This document shows positions 26,926 through 37,878 of a stretch of 64,000 nt of DNA, piece after piece; within the stretch, counting starts at the first letter, position 1, and the number at the start of each line of letters is the position of its first letter. Below the pieces are notes generated by a model that did no database searches, was not told where the DNA came from, and saw nothing but the letters and a program-made list of their open reading frames with translations. Source of the stretch: Opitutia bacterium (lineage in GTDB: Bacteria; Verrucomicrobiota; Verrucomicrobiia; Opitutales; T3Sed10-336); the NCBI GenBank assembly GCA_050506795.1, contig JBJHCF010000008.1, positions 32,001 to 96,000 on the forward strand. Reading direction: 5' to 3'. A program made the translations under genes and the position numbers.

Positions 26926-28869
26926 TTAATAAACGCGAAAATCCCACAAACCGGGTTCGCCTTCGAGGATATGTACGCGCAGGTAACGGGCGCGTGCATT
27001 GTTTACGTCAATGTGGGGCGACTGGATTCGCAGCTTGTCGTTGCCGCCGAAGGGGCGCCAGGTGGAACCGTCGAGGGAGTATTCCACACGGTAGGCGTGG
27101 CCTTCGGTCGGTTTGACGAAATAAAGCTCTGAACGTCTCAGGTGGCGGGGTTCTCCGAGATCCAGTTTGAACCAGGGTTGAACATCGTCGTCCAGTGCCA
27201 TCCAGCGATTTCCGTTGGAGCCGTCAATCGCGTTGGCGGGGGAAAAGGTTTCAATCCGGTTCAGGCGTGGGTCGTTGATCGGCGGAATTCGCACCTCGGG
27301 CCGAGTGGTGGAGGCGGTCGCGGATGCGTCCCGTGCGAGATTCGGAGTGTTGTAAAAGGGATTCGGACGAAGGGCGCCGACACCTTCGAACGACAGCTCG
27401 ATCGGCTGGATCGTACCGTCGTCGTTAAAGTGCATCTCGGCAGCCATTACCTGACGGTTCGTTCCACTCCGCCCGTATTCAAGGTAAACGAAGTACCATT
27501 GATCGGAATCTTCGGGACTGAAGAAGCTGCCGTGACCGGGGCCGTAGATTCCTTTCTCATGATCGGTTGTGGAAATGATGTCTTGTTCTGGACCCTCCCA
27601 CGGTCCCAGAGGCGATGTCCGGCTCATCATGTAGGCGTACTGGTAGCCTTCGTGGCCCCCCAATGTGTAGAAGTAATAGTAGATGCCGTCGCGTTTCAGC
27701 ATGAACGGTCCTTCCGAATACCCGCCCCGTTTGGTCTGAATTCGCACGGGGTCGCCATCGAAGCCGGTGAAATCCGAATTCAGCCGCGCGATGTAGCGCT
27801 CGGACCACATCATGTAATAGGACCCGTCCTCGTCTCCAAATACTTCGGCGTCGATCGGATGTCCGGCCGTAATCGGGAAATGTTCCCATCCCGAGTCCGC
27901 GGTGATGTCTTTGCCGTCGAGTGTGCGGAACGGGCCTTCAGGGGAATCGCTGACAACCGCGACAATCCGATTGTCGAGGGTGGGGAAAAGGTAATAGCGG
28001 CCGTCTTTGTAGACAGGCGCGCTTGGAGCCCAGTATTTGGCGTCGAAATTCGAAGGGAAAATCGAGCCCGAGAAACTCCAGTTGACAAAATCCCTTGATT
28101 TCCAGACGACCGGGCGGCCGGAGGTGGCCAGGCCGTGGCCGTCGCCATCAGTCGTGCCGTAGCAGTAGAACATACCGTCGAATTCGACGACACTCGGATC
28201 GGCGTAGAGGGCGGGGATGAGCGCGTGGGGGAAGACCCTCTGCGCATCTTCGTCCGAAGGCGGACTGGCTTCCTCGATTAAATCGCCGTCGAGATAGGCG
28301 CGAATTGTGTCGCCTTCGATCTCAAGCCTGATGTCGTACCAGCGGCCGCTTTCGATTCGGCCCGGCACCCGTTCCGTGACAATGCCGGGAGCTTCGATTC
28401 CGTGGCCGGTATTGCCCCAACCGCCGATGTTCCAGAACGACTTGAACGTCGCGTCCGGTCCCGGGAGCCCAAACAGAATCAGGAAGCCTTCGCGGCCGCC
28501 CAGCTTGCGTGCTTGCAGGGTGATTGTGATGTCACTCCAGTCGGGGTCGCCAATGAGCGCCCGGGCATCCGCCACCTGACTGGTCTGGCGCAAGGCGCCC
28601 TCGACAACCTCCCAGTTGCCACGCCGGGTGTCCCAGGGCTCCAGCCCGCGGGAAAAGTCGCTCTCGAAAAGGGTTTCATCGCCCCGGACCACCTTGATGT
28701 CACGGAACTCAGCCTGTGTTTCCCATGTGCCTACGCCAACCATGCCGCGAATCTCCTGATCCCCGTGGACGGGGATGGTGCCGCCCCCCAGGGCGCAAGT
28801 GGTTGCCAGGATGGCGGCAATCCGCAGGACTCGTTTTCGTCGTGTCTGAACGTGTTTTGGTGCTGTCAT
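26926..28869 (-). CDS. Glycoside hydrolase family 43 with an N-terminal beta-sandwich and a C-terminal F5/8 (CBM32-like) domain
   Basis: YADPS, WAP, IDAE.F.D.DG..Y, SEGP, GPGHGS; signal peptide. Confidence 0.88.
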   Translation of the reverse strand: MTAPKHVQTRRKRVLRIAAILATTCALGGGTIPVHGDQEIRGMVGVGTWETQAEFRDIKVVRGDETLFESDFSRGLEPWDTRRGNWEVVEGALRQTSQVADARALIGDPDWSDITITLQARKLGGREGFLILFGLPGPDATFKSFWNIGGWGNTGHGIEAPGIVTERVPGRIESGRWYDIRLEIEGDTIRAYLDGDLIEEASPPSDEDAQRVFPHALIPALYADPSVVEFDGMFYCYGTTDGDGHGLATSGRPVVWKSRDFVNWSFSGSIFPSNFDAKYWAPSAPVYKDGRYYLFPTLDNRIVAVVSDSPEGPFRTLDGKDITADSGWEHFPITAGHPIDAEVFGDEDGSYYMMWSERYIARLNSDFTGFDGDPVRIQTKRGGYSEGPFMLKRDGIYYYFYTLGGHEGYQYAYMMSRTSPLGPWEGPEQDIISTTDHEKGIYGPGHGSFFSPEDSDQWYFVYLEYGRSGTNRQVMAAEMHFNDDGTIQPIELSFEGVGALRPNPFYNTPNLARDASATASTTRPEVRIPPINDPRLNRIETFSPANAIDGSNGNRWMALDDDVQPWFKLDLGEPRHLRRSELYFVKPTEGHAYRVEYSLDGSTWRPFGGNDKLRIQSPHIDVNNARARYLRVHILEGEPGLWDFRVY

Positions 28870-29081
28870 CGGTTTATCGAAATTTCGGGTTTCGGGAGTG
28901 TGCGGTGCTCCGCGGAGTGATTAACGGCCTAACTGCGCCCAACCCCGGCCAGTTATCGTATTGGATTGTGGCGAATGCTTAGGTCGGCGACAATCCGCAA
29001 CGACCGTTTCCGGATATGACGGTCAAATATGTGTGGCTCCCTGCCACCAGGAGCCCACCACGACAGCGCACAGATCGGCGC

Positions 29082-31124
29082 TCAGTCTTCGAAACCCAGA
29101 CGGTAGTCAATTTCGGGCGGCGGGACTTCACCGCCTTCGCCTTTGAGGTAATGATCCATCCAGCGCATCAGACGCAGGCTGTAGTCCCAACGGGAAGCCG
29201 CACGCCGGTTGCCGTGTCCTTCCCCGCGATAGAGCACCAGACGGACCGGCGGCGGATTGTCCTGCAGGGTCAGATAGCGATAGAGAATGCGTGACTGGGT
29301 GGGATCGACGCGCGGGTCGGCGTCTCCGTGCAGGATGAGAATTGGTGTTTTGGCGTTTTCAACATGGCGTATCGGGCTGGCGTTTCGATACAGATCCCAA
29401 TCCTCCCAGGGCCAGGTCCGGTAGTGGACCTGGTAAAGTTCCCGCGGAATGTCCGAGGTGCCGAGCATGGAAATTTTGTCGGACAGGCCGACGTTCATTA
29501 CAGCTGCGGCAAAACGGTCGGAGTAATAAGTCGCCGCCCAGGCCGAGGCGTAGCCGCCGTACGATCCGCCGGTAATGCCGACCCGGTCGGCATCGACCAG
29601 CCCCATCTCGATAAGCGCATCGACGCCATCGACCAGATCGTCGAACTCCTCCATCGCCGGCCGGCCCTGCGACAGCAGCGCAAACTCCACGCCGCGTCCG
29701 GTGCTGCCGCGGTAATTGGGATAGAACATAAAATAGCCTTCGGCCGCGGCGTGCTGGGCCGGCAGGCTGTAGCCGGTAAGCCAACCGTTCGAGTAATGCG
29801 CTTCGGGACCACCATGTGCGGCCAGGATCAGCGGATAGCGCTCGCCTTCCCTGAAGTCCAGCGGCCAGACCAACAGGCCCTGGAGCGTGAGACCGTCGCG
29901 CGCCTGCCACTCGAACACTTCCTGGCGGGCCAGTTCCACATCAGCGAGCCACGGATTGGAGTCGGTCAAACGCTCGGGTGCGCCGGATCCTTCTTCAAAG
30001 GCAAACACCTCCGGCGGATGCGCCGAACTGCTGGCAACGGCCGCCAACCGACCCTGATCGCTGACACTCAGAGCGGTAAAGATCAGGCCCGGGAGAGACG
30101 CAAGATCACGTTCTCCGTCGCCGTCCACGGAGATCGCCGCCACACGCGATTCCACGCCTTCATGGCTGATGAAGAGCAGGGTATCCGGCCCGATCCAGTC
30201 CACAGCGCGCACATGACCTTCCAGATTCGGAAGCAAATTGCGCGGCGCCCCGCCGTCGCCGTCGACAACCATCAGGCGGCCTTCGGCGGTATCGTAACTG
30301 GTTTCGGTCGCGATCAGGGCCAGGTAATCACCATCGGGCGACCAGCGCCAATCACCAAGCTTGCCGGGCGTATCGACCTCACCAATCAGATTCCCTTCGA
30401 CCGTGATAACGCGCAGGCTCTGGAAGATCAATCGGTCGTCGACCAATTCGCGCGGAGTCACCGAAACTGCCAGCCGTTCGCCGTGGGGTGACCAGCGTAC
30501 CTGCTGAACCGAACCTTCGATCTCCAGCGGTTCGCCCGCTTCGCCGTCAATTTCGGCGATCCACAGCTTGCGCGGTTTCAACTGCTCTTCAAAGACGACC
30601 TGATCGAACCCCTTCTCACGCAGTTTGGTGACCTCCTCGGCATCGACCTCGGTGGCAATCAGAGCCACACGCCCCCCATCGGGGCTAAAGCTGTACCCCC
30701 TCACCCCTTCGCCGACCGACACTACACGCCGGGCTTCGCCGCCGTCGATCGGGATCCGGTACAAAGTGGCCTCTTTATCCCCGTCCCGCTCGTCGATAAA
30801 GGTAATGGCCGAGCCGTCGGGCAACCAACCCACGCCGCCGATGTTGACCTGTCCGGCGACAAACGGCCGGCTTTCGCCTCCGGCGCCGACCACGTGCAGT
30901 TCCCGCCAGGCCGGGCCATCGTCCTCTTTAGCCAGGTCCCGCGGGATGGAGCGCGTGTAGGCAATCCATCGACCGTCCGGGCTGATCGCCACACTTTCGA
31001 CTCGTTCCAGCCGGGCGATCTGCTCCAGCGTCATGCCTTCTCCGAGTGCCAATTGCGGCAACAGAACAACGGCGGCGAACAGCAATGAGGACACACGGCG
31101 GCAGGCGTCAAAGAAGGATTCCAT
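29082..31124 (-). CDS. S9 family peptidase (beta-propeller and catalytic domain)
   Basis: HGGP, PNYRGSTG, GGSYGG, LHGDAD.RV, GEGHG; signal peptide. Confidence 0.92.
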   Translation of the reverse strand: MESFFDACRRVSSLLFAAVVLLPQLALGEGMTLEQIARLERVESVAISPDGRWIAYTRSIPRDLAKEDDGPAWRELHVVGAGGESRPFVAGQVNIGGVGWLPDGSAITFIDERDGDKEATLYRIPIDGGEARRVVSVGEGVRGYSFSPDGGRVALIATEVDAEEVTKLREKGFDQVVFEEQLKPRKLWIAEIDGEAGEPLEIEGSVQQVRWSPHGERLAVSVTPRELVDDRLIFQSLRVITVEGNLIGEVDTPGKLGDWRWSPDGDYLALIATETSYDTAEGRLMVVDGDGGAPRNLLPNLEGHVRAVDWIGPDTLLFISHEGVESRVAAISVDGDGERDLASLPGLIFTALSVSDQGRLAAVASSSAHPPEVFAFEEGSGAPERLTDSNPWLADVELARQEVFEWQARDGLTLQGLLVWPLDFREGERYPLILAAHGGPEAHYSNGWLTGYSLPAQHAAAEGYFMFYPNYRGSTGRGVEFALLSQGRPAMEEFDDLVDGVDALIEMGLVDADRVGITGGSYGGYASAWAATYYSDRFAAAVMNVGLSDKISMLGTSDIPRELYQVHYRTWPWEDWDLYRNASPIRHVENAKTPILILHGDADPRVDPTQSRILYRYLTLQDNPPPVRLVLYRGEGHGNRRAASRWDYSLRLMRWMDHYLKGEGGEVPPPEIDYRLGFED

Positions 31125-31442
31125 TGTATTAAGAAATCGCTTTTCAGGCGGGACGGGCACACGCCCGCTGGAACCGGTCTAAAGGAGCGCTTTCAGGGAA
31201 AAACGATAGCTGATCTGCGATAAAGGGGTCAAGATCAACGAATACGAGGGATGGATCAGATCAAAATGGGGCCAGGACTGTCGCCGCGATCAATCCGAGA
31301 ACCAGCAATCCCGCGGTCGCCGTGATTCAGTTCCGCTTCCAATAATTACCGGCCACAGTCCATTCGATATCGAGATTGATCACCTCGCGTTCAACTGTCA
31401 TGGTATCGGGAAATCCAAACTGCAACCCACCCACCGCTGATC

Positions 31443-32528
31443 ATGACCAAAACCGACTCGACGCTCACCGCGAATGTGAAATCCTATCTCGCCTCCGTAT
31501 CGGGCGTGAGACCAATCTGTCTCGCGGCGGTTGCCCTTTCCCTGGGGTTTCAGACCACCGCTTGCGCGAACGCCTATATCGACCTGAGCGAGGCACAAGC
31601 TCACCCGGGATTTAGATTCCAGGGGGAGTTCACTGGAACGATCCAGGACTCCGCCGAATCGGAACCGGTCAATGCCGCACTGCAGGTCTCGATCCACGGC
31701 GGCCAGGCCCGGGGACTTCTGTATTATGATTCCCTGCCGGACGGGATCGACAATCACCACGAAACAAAAATCAGAGCGGAACTCGAAGGCGTCTACCGCG
31801 ACGACGAACTGGTTCTGCGCGGGGAAGGCGCGCCGCGATTCCGTCACACCGCGGACGGCTTCGTGGCCTTTGATAATGAACACGACAACCTTGGAGAGCT
31901 GAATCGGGTCGAACGCGAAAGCCCGACTCTGGGGCTGGCGCCACCGGATAACGCGATCACCCTCTTTGACGGCGAACATCTCGAACATTGGAATGATGGC
32001 GCCCGGATGGACGCCGATGGTCGCCTGATCGAAGGTGCGACCACCAGAGAATCCTATGGGGACTTTCATCTCCACATGGAAATGAAGCTCGGGTTCATGC
32101 CCGACAGCGACGGGCAGGGCCGCGCCAACAGCGGGGTTTACATTCAAAACCGGTATGAGGTCCAGATATTGGATACATTTGGCCAGCCGCCGGCCATCAA
32201 CGGAATCGCTTCCCTCTACAATTTCCAGGCACCCATCGTCAACGCCGCCTACCCTCCTCTGACCTGGCAGACCTACGACATTCATTTCCGAGCACCCCGC
32301 TTCGACGATGAAGGGGAAAAGACAGAGAACGCGCGGGTCACTGTTTACCTCAACGGCGTGCTCGTTCAGGACGACGTCGAACTGCCCCAGGGAACCGGCA
32401 TGGGCGGCACCCGCGCCGAAACTCCCAGGGCCCCCCTCTACCTGCAAAGCCACACCGGACCGGTCCGCTTCCAAAACATCTGGCTGATTCCGGATTCCTA
32501 CGATCCCCCGGGGGTCAATCGCCTGTAA
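31443..32528 (+). CDS. DUF1080 / 3-keto-disaccharide hydrolase domain protein
   Basis: LFDG, GDF.LH.E, GRANSGVY, YEVQILD, WQTYDI.F, LQSH...V.F.NIW. Confidence 0.88.
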   Translation: MTKTDSTLTANVKSYLASVSGVRPICLAAVALSLGFQTTACANAYIDLSEAQAHPGFRFQGEFTGTIQDSAESEPVNAALQVSIHGGQARGLLYYDSLPDGIDNHHETKIRAELEGVYRDDELVLRGEGAPRFRHTADGFVAFDNEHDNLGELNRVERESPTLGLAPPDNAITLFDGEHLEHWNDGARMDADGRLIEGATTRESYGDFHLHMEMKLGFMPDSDGQGRANSGVYIQNRYEVQILDTFGQPPAINGIASLYNFQAPIVNAAYPPLTWQTYDIHFRAPRFDDEGEKTENARVTVYLNGVLVQDDVELPQGTGMGGTRAETPRAPLYLQSHTGPVRFQNIWLIPDSYDPPGVNRL

Positions 32529-32608
32529 ACGGACAGCCAGGCCAAATCGAGTTCGATAAAGGCGGTTCATTGATTGGCCGGCAGGCTAAGACCGCCGGGT
32601 TGTCAGGC

Positions 32609-34522
32609 ATGATGTTTACACGGTTAGTTGACGAAACCTACCGGTCCGCGGCGCGCCGATTCTTGCGCCTGTGGCGACCCATGGCCGCCTGGACTCTCCT
32701 GGCGTGGCTTCTGATGGGTCTGGTTTTGATCCCGCTCCTGTCCGGCGCCCTGCTTCGGACCGTGCTCCGGGGGGAGCGGATTCTGATCGGCAACGAAGAG
32801 CTTCTGGCCTGGCTGCTACGACCCGAGGGCCTCGGTTACATTACCCTGGCGGGGGCGCTGCTGGTGATGGGGGCTGTCGTTCGCTACGCCGGCCTGTTCC
32901 GTATTATCACCGATGACCTGCTAGGCGAGGCCGCCACGGTGCGCCAGACCTTGTTCGCCCTGATCCCGGACACGGCCGCCCTCTTTCGACTCTGTTTGGC
33001 CGCGGTGCTGGTTGGTCTTGTTCTGCTGACTCCCCTGCTGCTGACCACCGGCGCGGTGTACCTGACGTGGCTGAGCGAGCACGACATCAACTTTTACCTG
33101 GCGGAAACCCCTCCCGAATGGCACCGGGCCCTGTTGACCCTGGCCCTGGTCGGCGTTCCCTGGGCCGCCGTCACCGGTTACCTGATCCTGCGCAGTCTGC
33201 CGACGTTGCCCGCCTTTCTTGACGGCCACCGCCCCGCCCGCCTGGCTCTGTCCCGAAGCTGGAAACGGACCCGAGGACAGACGCTGCGCCTGCTGAGGCT
33301 GCTCCTGCTTTGCATCGTGACCTGGTGGCTGGTCCGGGTGCTGGCCCAGACGGCACTCTTCGTTCCGGCCACCGCCGGCCTGGAAGCCCTGGCGGGCTGG
33401 ACATCCTCGATCGTGCCCATCGTTTTCGCCACGGCGGCCTACACGTTGGCGGCTTTCGCCGTGGACGCCTTCCTTTCGTTCTTCGGGTTTTCCTTCGCCG
33501 CCGTCCTGTTAACCAAATTCTATTACGAGGACACCGACCTGCACCAAATCGCACCGCCGTCCGGGTTCGGCCTGACCAGCCTGCGCCGAGACACCATCGG
33601 TCTGCTCCGCTTCTGGCTGCACCCCTGGCGCTCCCTGCCGGTGGCGGCGGTCCTGATTCTGTTGAGCGGCTCGATCAGCGGAACGCTCCTCTGGAAGGTC
33701 TCGTTCGAGCCGGACTTCACCGTAACCGCCCACCGTGCGGGCGCCTTTATGGGCCCCGAGAACACGCTGGCCGCGCTGGAGGACACGATCGAGGCAGGGG
33801 CCGACGTGGCTGAAATCGATGTCCAGCGGACCGCCGACGGCGTCATCGTGGTGGTGCACGACGCCGACCTCATGCGGGTGGCGGGCGACCCGCGCCGGGT
33901 GGCCAATACGCCCTTCTCCGAAATGCAGCATCTGCTGCAGGGAAACGTCGACGACGGTCCGCCCGAACTGCGCCGCGTAGCCACCCTGGACGATTTTCTC
34001 GAGAGCGCGCGCGGCCGCATCGGCCTCAATATAGAATTCAAGTACTACGGCTGGGACCCCGATCTGGTCCCCGAAGTGATCGCCCGCATCCGGGCCCACG
34101 AAATGGAGGACGAGGTGGTGTTGATGTCGCTTGACCTGCGTTCCGTAAGCCAGGCCCGTGAACTGGCTCCTGGTATTCCAGTGGGTTACGTGGCCACCGT
34201 ATCCCTCGGCGACCTGCGCCGGATCCCGGCGGATTTTTCGGCCGTGCCGCGGCCCGTCGCCACTTCACGATTCGTCAGGGCGGCCGCCCGGGCGGAAATG
34301 GACGTGCACGTGTGGACCCTGAACCGTCCCGACACCATGCTCGCCGCCATTCAGGCGGGCGCGCAGGGAATCATCACCGACGATCCCGTCATGGCGATCC
34401 GGATACGCGAAGAACTGGCCGATCTCACCCCGGTCGAACAATTGCTGCTGAGCTTTCGCGGGTTGCTGATTTCACCCAACCAGACCGCCGGCACACTGAC
34501 GTCTGACGAATCACTCGACTGA
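32609..34522 (+). CDS. Membrane-anchored glycerophosphodiester phosphodiesterase
   Basis: Multi-TM N-terminus; AHRAG...PENTL, EIDVQ.T.DG..VV.HD, NIEFK, VWTLN, GIITD. Confidence 0.9.
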   Translation: MMFTRLVDETYRSAARRFLRLWRPMAAWTLLAWLLMGLVLIPLLSGALLRTVLRGERILIGNEELLAWLLRPEGLGYITLAGALLVMGAVVRYAGLFRIITDDLLGEAATVRQTLFALIPDTAALFRLCLAAVLVGLVLLTPLLLTTGAVYLTWLSEHDINFYLAETPPEWHRALLTLALVGVPWAAVTGYLILRSLPTLPAFLDGHRPARLALSRSWKRTRGQTLRLLRLLLLCIVTWWLVRVLAQTALFVPATAGLEALAGWTSSIVPIVFATAAYTLAAFAVDAFLSFFGFSFAAVLLTKFYYEDTDLHQIAPPSGFGLTSLRRDTIGLLRFWLHPWRSLPVAAVLILLSGSISGTLLWKVSFEPDFTVTAHRAGAFMGPENTLAALEDTIEAGADVAEIDVQRTADGVIVVVHDADLMRVAGDPRRVANTPFSEMQHLLQGNVDDGPPELRRVATLDDFLESARGRIGLNIEFKYYGWDPDLVPEVIARIRAHEMEDEVVLMSLDLRSVSQARELAPGIPVGYVATVSLGDLRRIPADFSAVPRPVATSRFVRAAARAEMDVHVWTLNRPDTMLAAIQAGAQGIITDDPVMAIRIREELADLTPVEQLLLSFRGLLISPNQTAGTLTSDESLD

Positions 34523-34716
34523 TCCGGCGAATTTCGGGAAGAAGGCTCCTGGGAGCTCTGGGGCTGATCCCGGTCGCGGCGGTGAGCACGTTTCTGATCT
34601 TCGCACTGTACGCCAGGGATCCACTGCCTTCGGCTCGATTGCGGGGACCACAAAAGCGCCCTTTCCTCCGACAATATCCCCGGCGCCCCTAATCCCCGAT
34701 TCACGAAATTGAGTTT

Positions 34717-34746
34717 AGCGAATATTCGCTTGACAGAATATTCGCT
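34717..34746 (+). promoter_or_regulatory. Sigma70 -35 box flanked by a palindromic (ArsR) operator
   Basis: Perfect palindrome AGCGAATATTCGCT 34717-34730, TTGACA 34730-34735, second GAATATTCGCT 34736-34746. Confidence 0.65.
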
Positions 34747-34764
34747 CCGTGCGATTTTCGTGGC

Positions 34765-35151
34765 ATGCGAGCTATCCAGGCCTACCAGTGTTTTTGCGAT
34801 GAAACGCGCCTGCGGATTCTGAACCTCTTACTTGAGGGTCCGCTCTGCGTCTGTCACCTGACCGCGATTCTCGGTGTGCCGCAGCCGAAAGTGTCCCGCC
34901 ACCTCAAGGCCTTGCGGGACGGAGGAGCCCTGGAAACGGAACGGTGTTACAACTGGACCATCTGCCGCCTGCCGGCAACGCCGAGTCCCCTGCTGGAAGC
35001 CAATCTCAAGTGCCTCCAGGACCTGCGGGGGGATGAACCGGTGTTCAAGGCCGACCTCAAAACCCGCAAACGCACCGTCGAGCGAATCCTCAGGAACCCC
35101 TGCGACGATCTCCCGAAAAAGATCCAGAGCCTGGCAAAGGACTGCTGCTGA
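34765..35151 (+). CDS. arsR: ArsR/SmtB family repressor
   Basis: [26 protein letters not shown]-terminal CC. Confidence 0.9.
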   Translation: MRAIQAYQCFCDETRLRILNLLLEGPLCVCHLTAILGVPQPKVSRHLKALRDGGALETERCYNWTICRLPATPSPLLEANLKCLQDLRGDEPVFKADLKTRKRTVERILRNPCDDLPKKIQSLAKDCC

Positions 35152-35168
35152 CCCCGAATCATCAATCA

Positions 35169-35600
35169 ATGAAATCCAAAGTTCTCATTCTCTGCACCGG
35201 CAATTCCTGTCGCAGTCATATGGCGGAAGGCATTCTGCGGGCCGCCGCGGACGACCTGTTCGACGTTTACAGCGCAGGCTCCAACCCCAAGGGCCAGGTT
35301 CACCCTCTCGCCATCGAGGTTCTCAAGGAAATCGGCATCGACGCCTCCGGGCATAAGTCGGAGCACCTCGACAAGTACCTCAACGCCGGTATCAATACGG
35401 TAATCACCGTCTGCGGCAACGCCGATCAGGCCTGTCCCGCCTTTCCCGGAAAGGTCAATCGTTACCATTGGGGCTTCGAGGATCCCCCGCACGCCGTCCG
35501 CGACGGCGAAACCGAAATTGATGCCTTCCGCCGTATTCGCGATCAGATCAAACTCGTTTTCGAAGCCTACGCCGCCGGCTGCCGCGAAGCCCAAAGTTAA
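35169..35600 (+). CDS. arsC: Arsenate reductase (LMW-PTP/thioredoxin type)
   Basis: [23 protein letters not shown]. Confidence 0.92.
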   Translation: MKSKVLILCTGNSCRSHMAEGILRAAADDLFDVYSAGSNPKGQVHPLAIEVLKEIGIDASGHKSEHLDKYLNAGINTVITVCGNADQACPAFPGKVNRYHWGFEDPPHAVRDGETEIDAFRRIRDQIKLVFEAYAAGCREAQS

Positions 35601-35619
35601 CCGACCTCTCCACCGTATC

Positions 35620-35961
35620 ATGAAGACCATACTCGTTTACGATCCGCCCATGTGTTGCTCTACCGGCGTCTGTGGACCCGATGTCGATCCACTGCTGCCG
35701 CGCTTTGCCGGCATGCTCACCCAACTGGAAAACTTCGGGGTGAAAGTCAAACGCCACAACCTGGCACAGGAACCGGTGGCCTTCGCACAAAACCCGCAAG
35801 TCCGCGCGATGCTGGAAGAAGAAGGTGTCGAGGTCCTTCCCCTTATCTTCGTGGACAACGTCCTGGAAATGAAAGGACGCTATCCCGAGACCGCCGAACG
35901 CGGCGCGTTCGTCAAGCGTGCCCGCCAAGCCGACTCAAATAAGACTTCAGGGGCAGCATAG
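35620..35961 (+). CDS. arsD: Arsenite metallochaperone
   Basis: YDPPMCCSTGVCGP.VD, NLAQEP..F, GRYP. Confidence 0.92.
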   Translation: MKTILVYDPPMCCSTGVCGPDVDPLLPRFAGMLTQLENFGVKVKRHNLAQEPVAFAQNPQVRAMLEEEGVEVLPLIFVDNVLEMKGRYPETAERGAFVKRARQADSNKTSGAA

Positions 35962-35962
35962 A

Positions 35963-37795
35963 ATGGATTCCAACGGACAACGACACCCGCACGCCCTGAA
36001 CGAACTGCTCGACGCTCCCGCGCGCTACACTTTCTTCACCGGCAAAGGCGGCGTGGGGAAAACCTCGATCGCGTCGGCCACGGCGCTCGCATTGGCCGAC
36101 GCCGGGAAACAGGTTCTCCTCATCAGCACAGATCCGGCCTCCAATCTGGACGAAGTCCTCGGATTGGAATTGAGCCGCGAGCCGCGGGCCGTACCCGCCT
36201 GCCAAAGTCTGTCCGCCCTCAATATCGATCCGGAAGCGGTGGCCGCCGAATACCGCGAAAAGGTCATCGGCCCCATGCGCGGGGTTCTGCCTGAAACGGC
36301 TCTCAAAGCGATGGAAGAACAACTCTCCGGGGCCTGCACCATGGAGATCGCCGCCTTCGATGAATTCACCGGCTACCTCAGCGACGAGGCCGCCAACGGA
36401 TTTGATGTCATCGTTTTCGATACCGCCCCGACCGGTCACACGCTTCGTCTGATGGCGCTCTCGCAAGCGTGGACGAGTTTTCTCGACGACAACACCAGCG
36501 GCAATTCCTGCCTCGGGCCGCTGGCTGGGCTGGAGAAACAACGTCAAGCCTACGCCCAAGCCGTCGAAGTACTCAAGGACGCCGACCGCACCGCCGTCTT
36601 TCTTGTCAGTCGCGCGAACAGGAGCACGCTGAAAGAAGCCCGCCGCACCTGGAAGGAGTTCGCCGATCTCGGAATTAAGAACCAAAGCCTCATTCTCAAC
36701 GGGTGGTACGCGCCGGCGGACGCCCACCGTGACGATCCCGTCGCGAAGCGCTGGCTGGAGAGGCAGAGCGCCGCCGTGGCGACCGAGGCCGCCTTCATCG
36801 ACTCCCTGCCTCTCTTCCGCTCCCCACTCCTCCCCGGCAATCTTATCGGGTTGGACAATCTGCGCGCGTTTTATCAGGGCACGGAAATCGATTCGCCCGC
36901 ATCCGCCGAAGCGGTCCAGCTCACCATTCCGGACCTGCCGGACCTCGGCCGATTGGCCGATCAGCTCGCACCGGCCGGCCGCGGTGTGATCATGACCATG
37001 GGCAAAGGCGGCGTCGGCAAGACCACCATCGCGGCGGCCCTGGCCCTCGCTCTCGCCGACCGCGGCGCCAAGGTGCGCCTGTCGACCACCGACCCGGCGG
37101 CCCATCTCACCGATGCCGTGGGCGACAAAGGGGACATCCCGCTCACCGTCGAACGCATCGACCCGAAAACCGAAACCGCCGCCTATATCGAAGAAGTGCT
37201 CGCCACCCAGGGGGCCGACATGGACGCGGAAAACCGGGCCCTCCTGGAGGAGGACCTGCGCTCGCCCTGCACCGAGGAAATCGCCGTCTTCCGCGCCTTC
37301 GCGCGCACCGTGGCCAAAGGAGAGGACGAGTTCGTCGTGCTCGACACCGCGCCCACCGGCCACACCCTCCTGCTTCTCGACGCCACCCAGTCCTACCACC
37401 GCGAGTTGGGACGGCAGACGCGTTCCACCCAGCAGGCGGAGGAGGTCGAGAAACTCCTCCCGCGCCTGCGCGACCCGGACTTCACCCGTGTCCTCCTCGT
37501 AACTCTCCCCGAAAGCACCCCTGTACACGAAGCGGCCGCCTTGCAGGCCGACTTGCGCCGCGCGGAAATCGAACCCCACGCCTGGATTATCAACCAGAGC
37601 CTGGCCGCCGCCGAAACACGGGAGCCGCTACTGGCCGCGCGCGGCCGGGCGGAAATCCCCTACCTGCACGAAGTCGTCGGTGAAAACCCGGACAAGCCCG
37701 TCTACCTGATCCCCTGGAGCCCCGTCGAGCCAACCGGACTCGAAGGCCTGCGCCAACTCGTCGGCAAGGTGCAAGCCGTCGCTTCCAAGCAATAA
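35963..37795 (+). CDS. arsA: Arsenical pump-driving ATPase
   Basis: Two GKGGVGKT and two DTAPTGHT motifs, STDPASNL, SGACT, SPCTEE. Confidence 0.95.
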   Translation: MDSNGQRHPHALNELLDAPARYTFFTGKGGVGKTSIASATALALADAGKQVLLISTDPASNLDEVLGLELSREPRAVPACQSLSALNIDPEAVAAEYREKVIGPMRGVLPETALKAMEEQLSGACTMEIAAFDEFTGYLSDEAANGFDVIVFDTAPTGHTLRLMALSQAWTSFLDDNTSGNSCLGPLAGLEKQRQAYAQAVEVLKDADRTAVFLVSRANRSTLKEARRTWKEFADLGIKNQSLILNGWYAPADAHRDDPVAKRWLERQSAAVATEAAFIDSLPLFRSPLLPGNLIGLDNLRAFYQGTEIDSPASAEAVQLTIPDLPDLGRLADQLAPAGRGVIMTMGKGGVGKTTIAAALALALADRGAKVRLSTTDPAAHLTDAVGDKGDIPLTVERIDPKTETAAYIEEVLATQGADMDAENRALLEEDLRSPCTEEIAVFRAFARTVAKGEDEFVVLDTAPTGHTLLLLDATQSYHRELGRQTRSTQQAEEVEKLLPRLRDPDFTRVLLVTLPESTPVHEAAALQADLRRAEIEPHAWIINQSLAAAETREPLLAARGRAEIPYLHEVVGENPDKPVYLIPWSPVEPTGLEGLRQLVGKVQAVASKQ

Positions 37796-37878
37796 TCCTC
37801 AAACTTTGTCACCACTTCACATTGCAACCAATCAACCATGACACTAACCAACCCGACTGGCACTCGGTTAATCCCAAA

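Noticed and set aside
36000..37400. Internal repeat in arsA as a novel duplication
   Set aside because: The two homologous ATPase halves are the normal ArsA architecture
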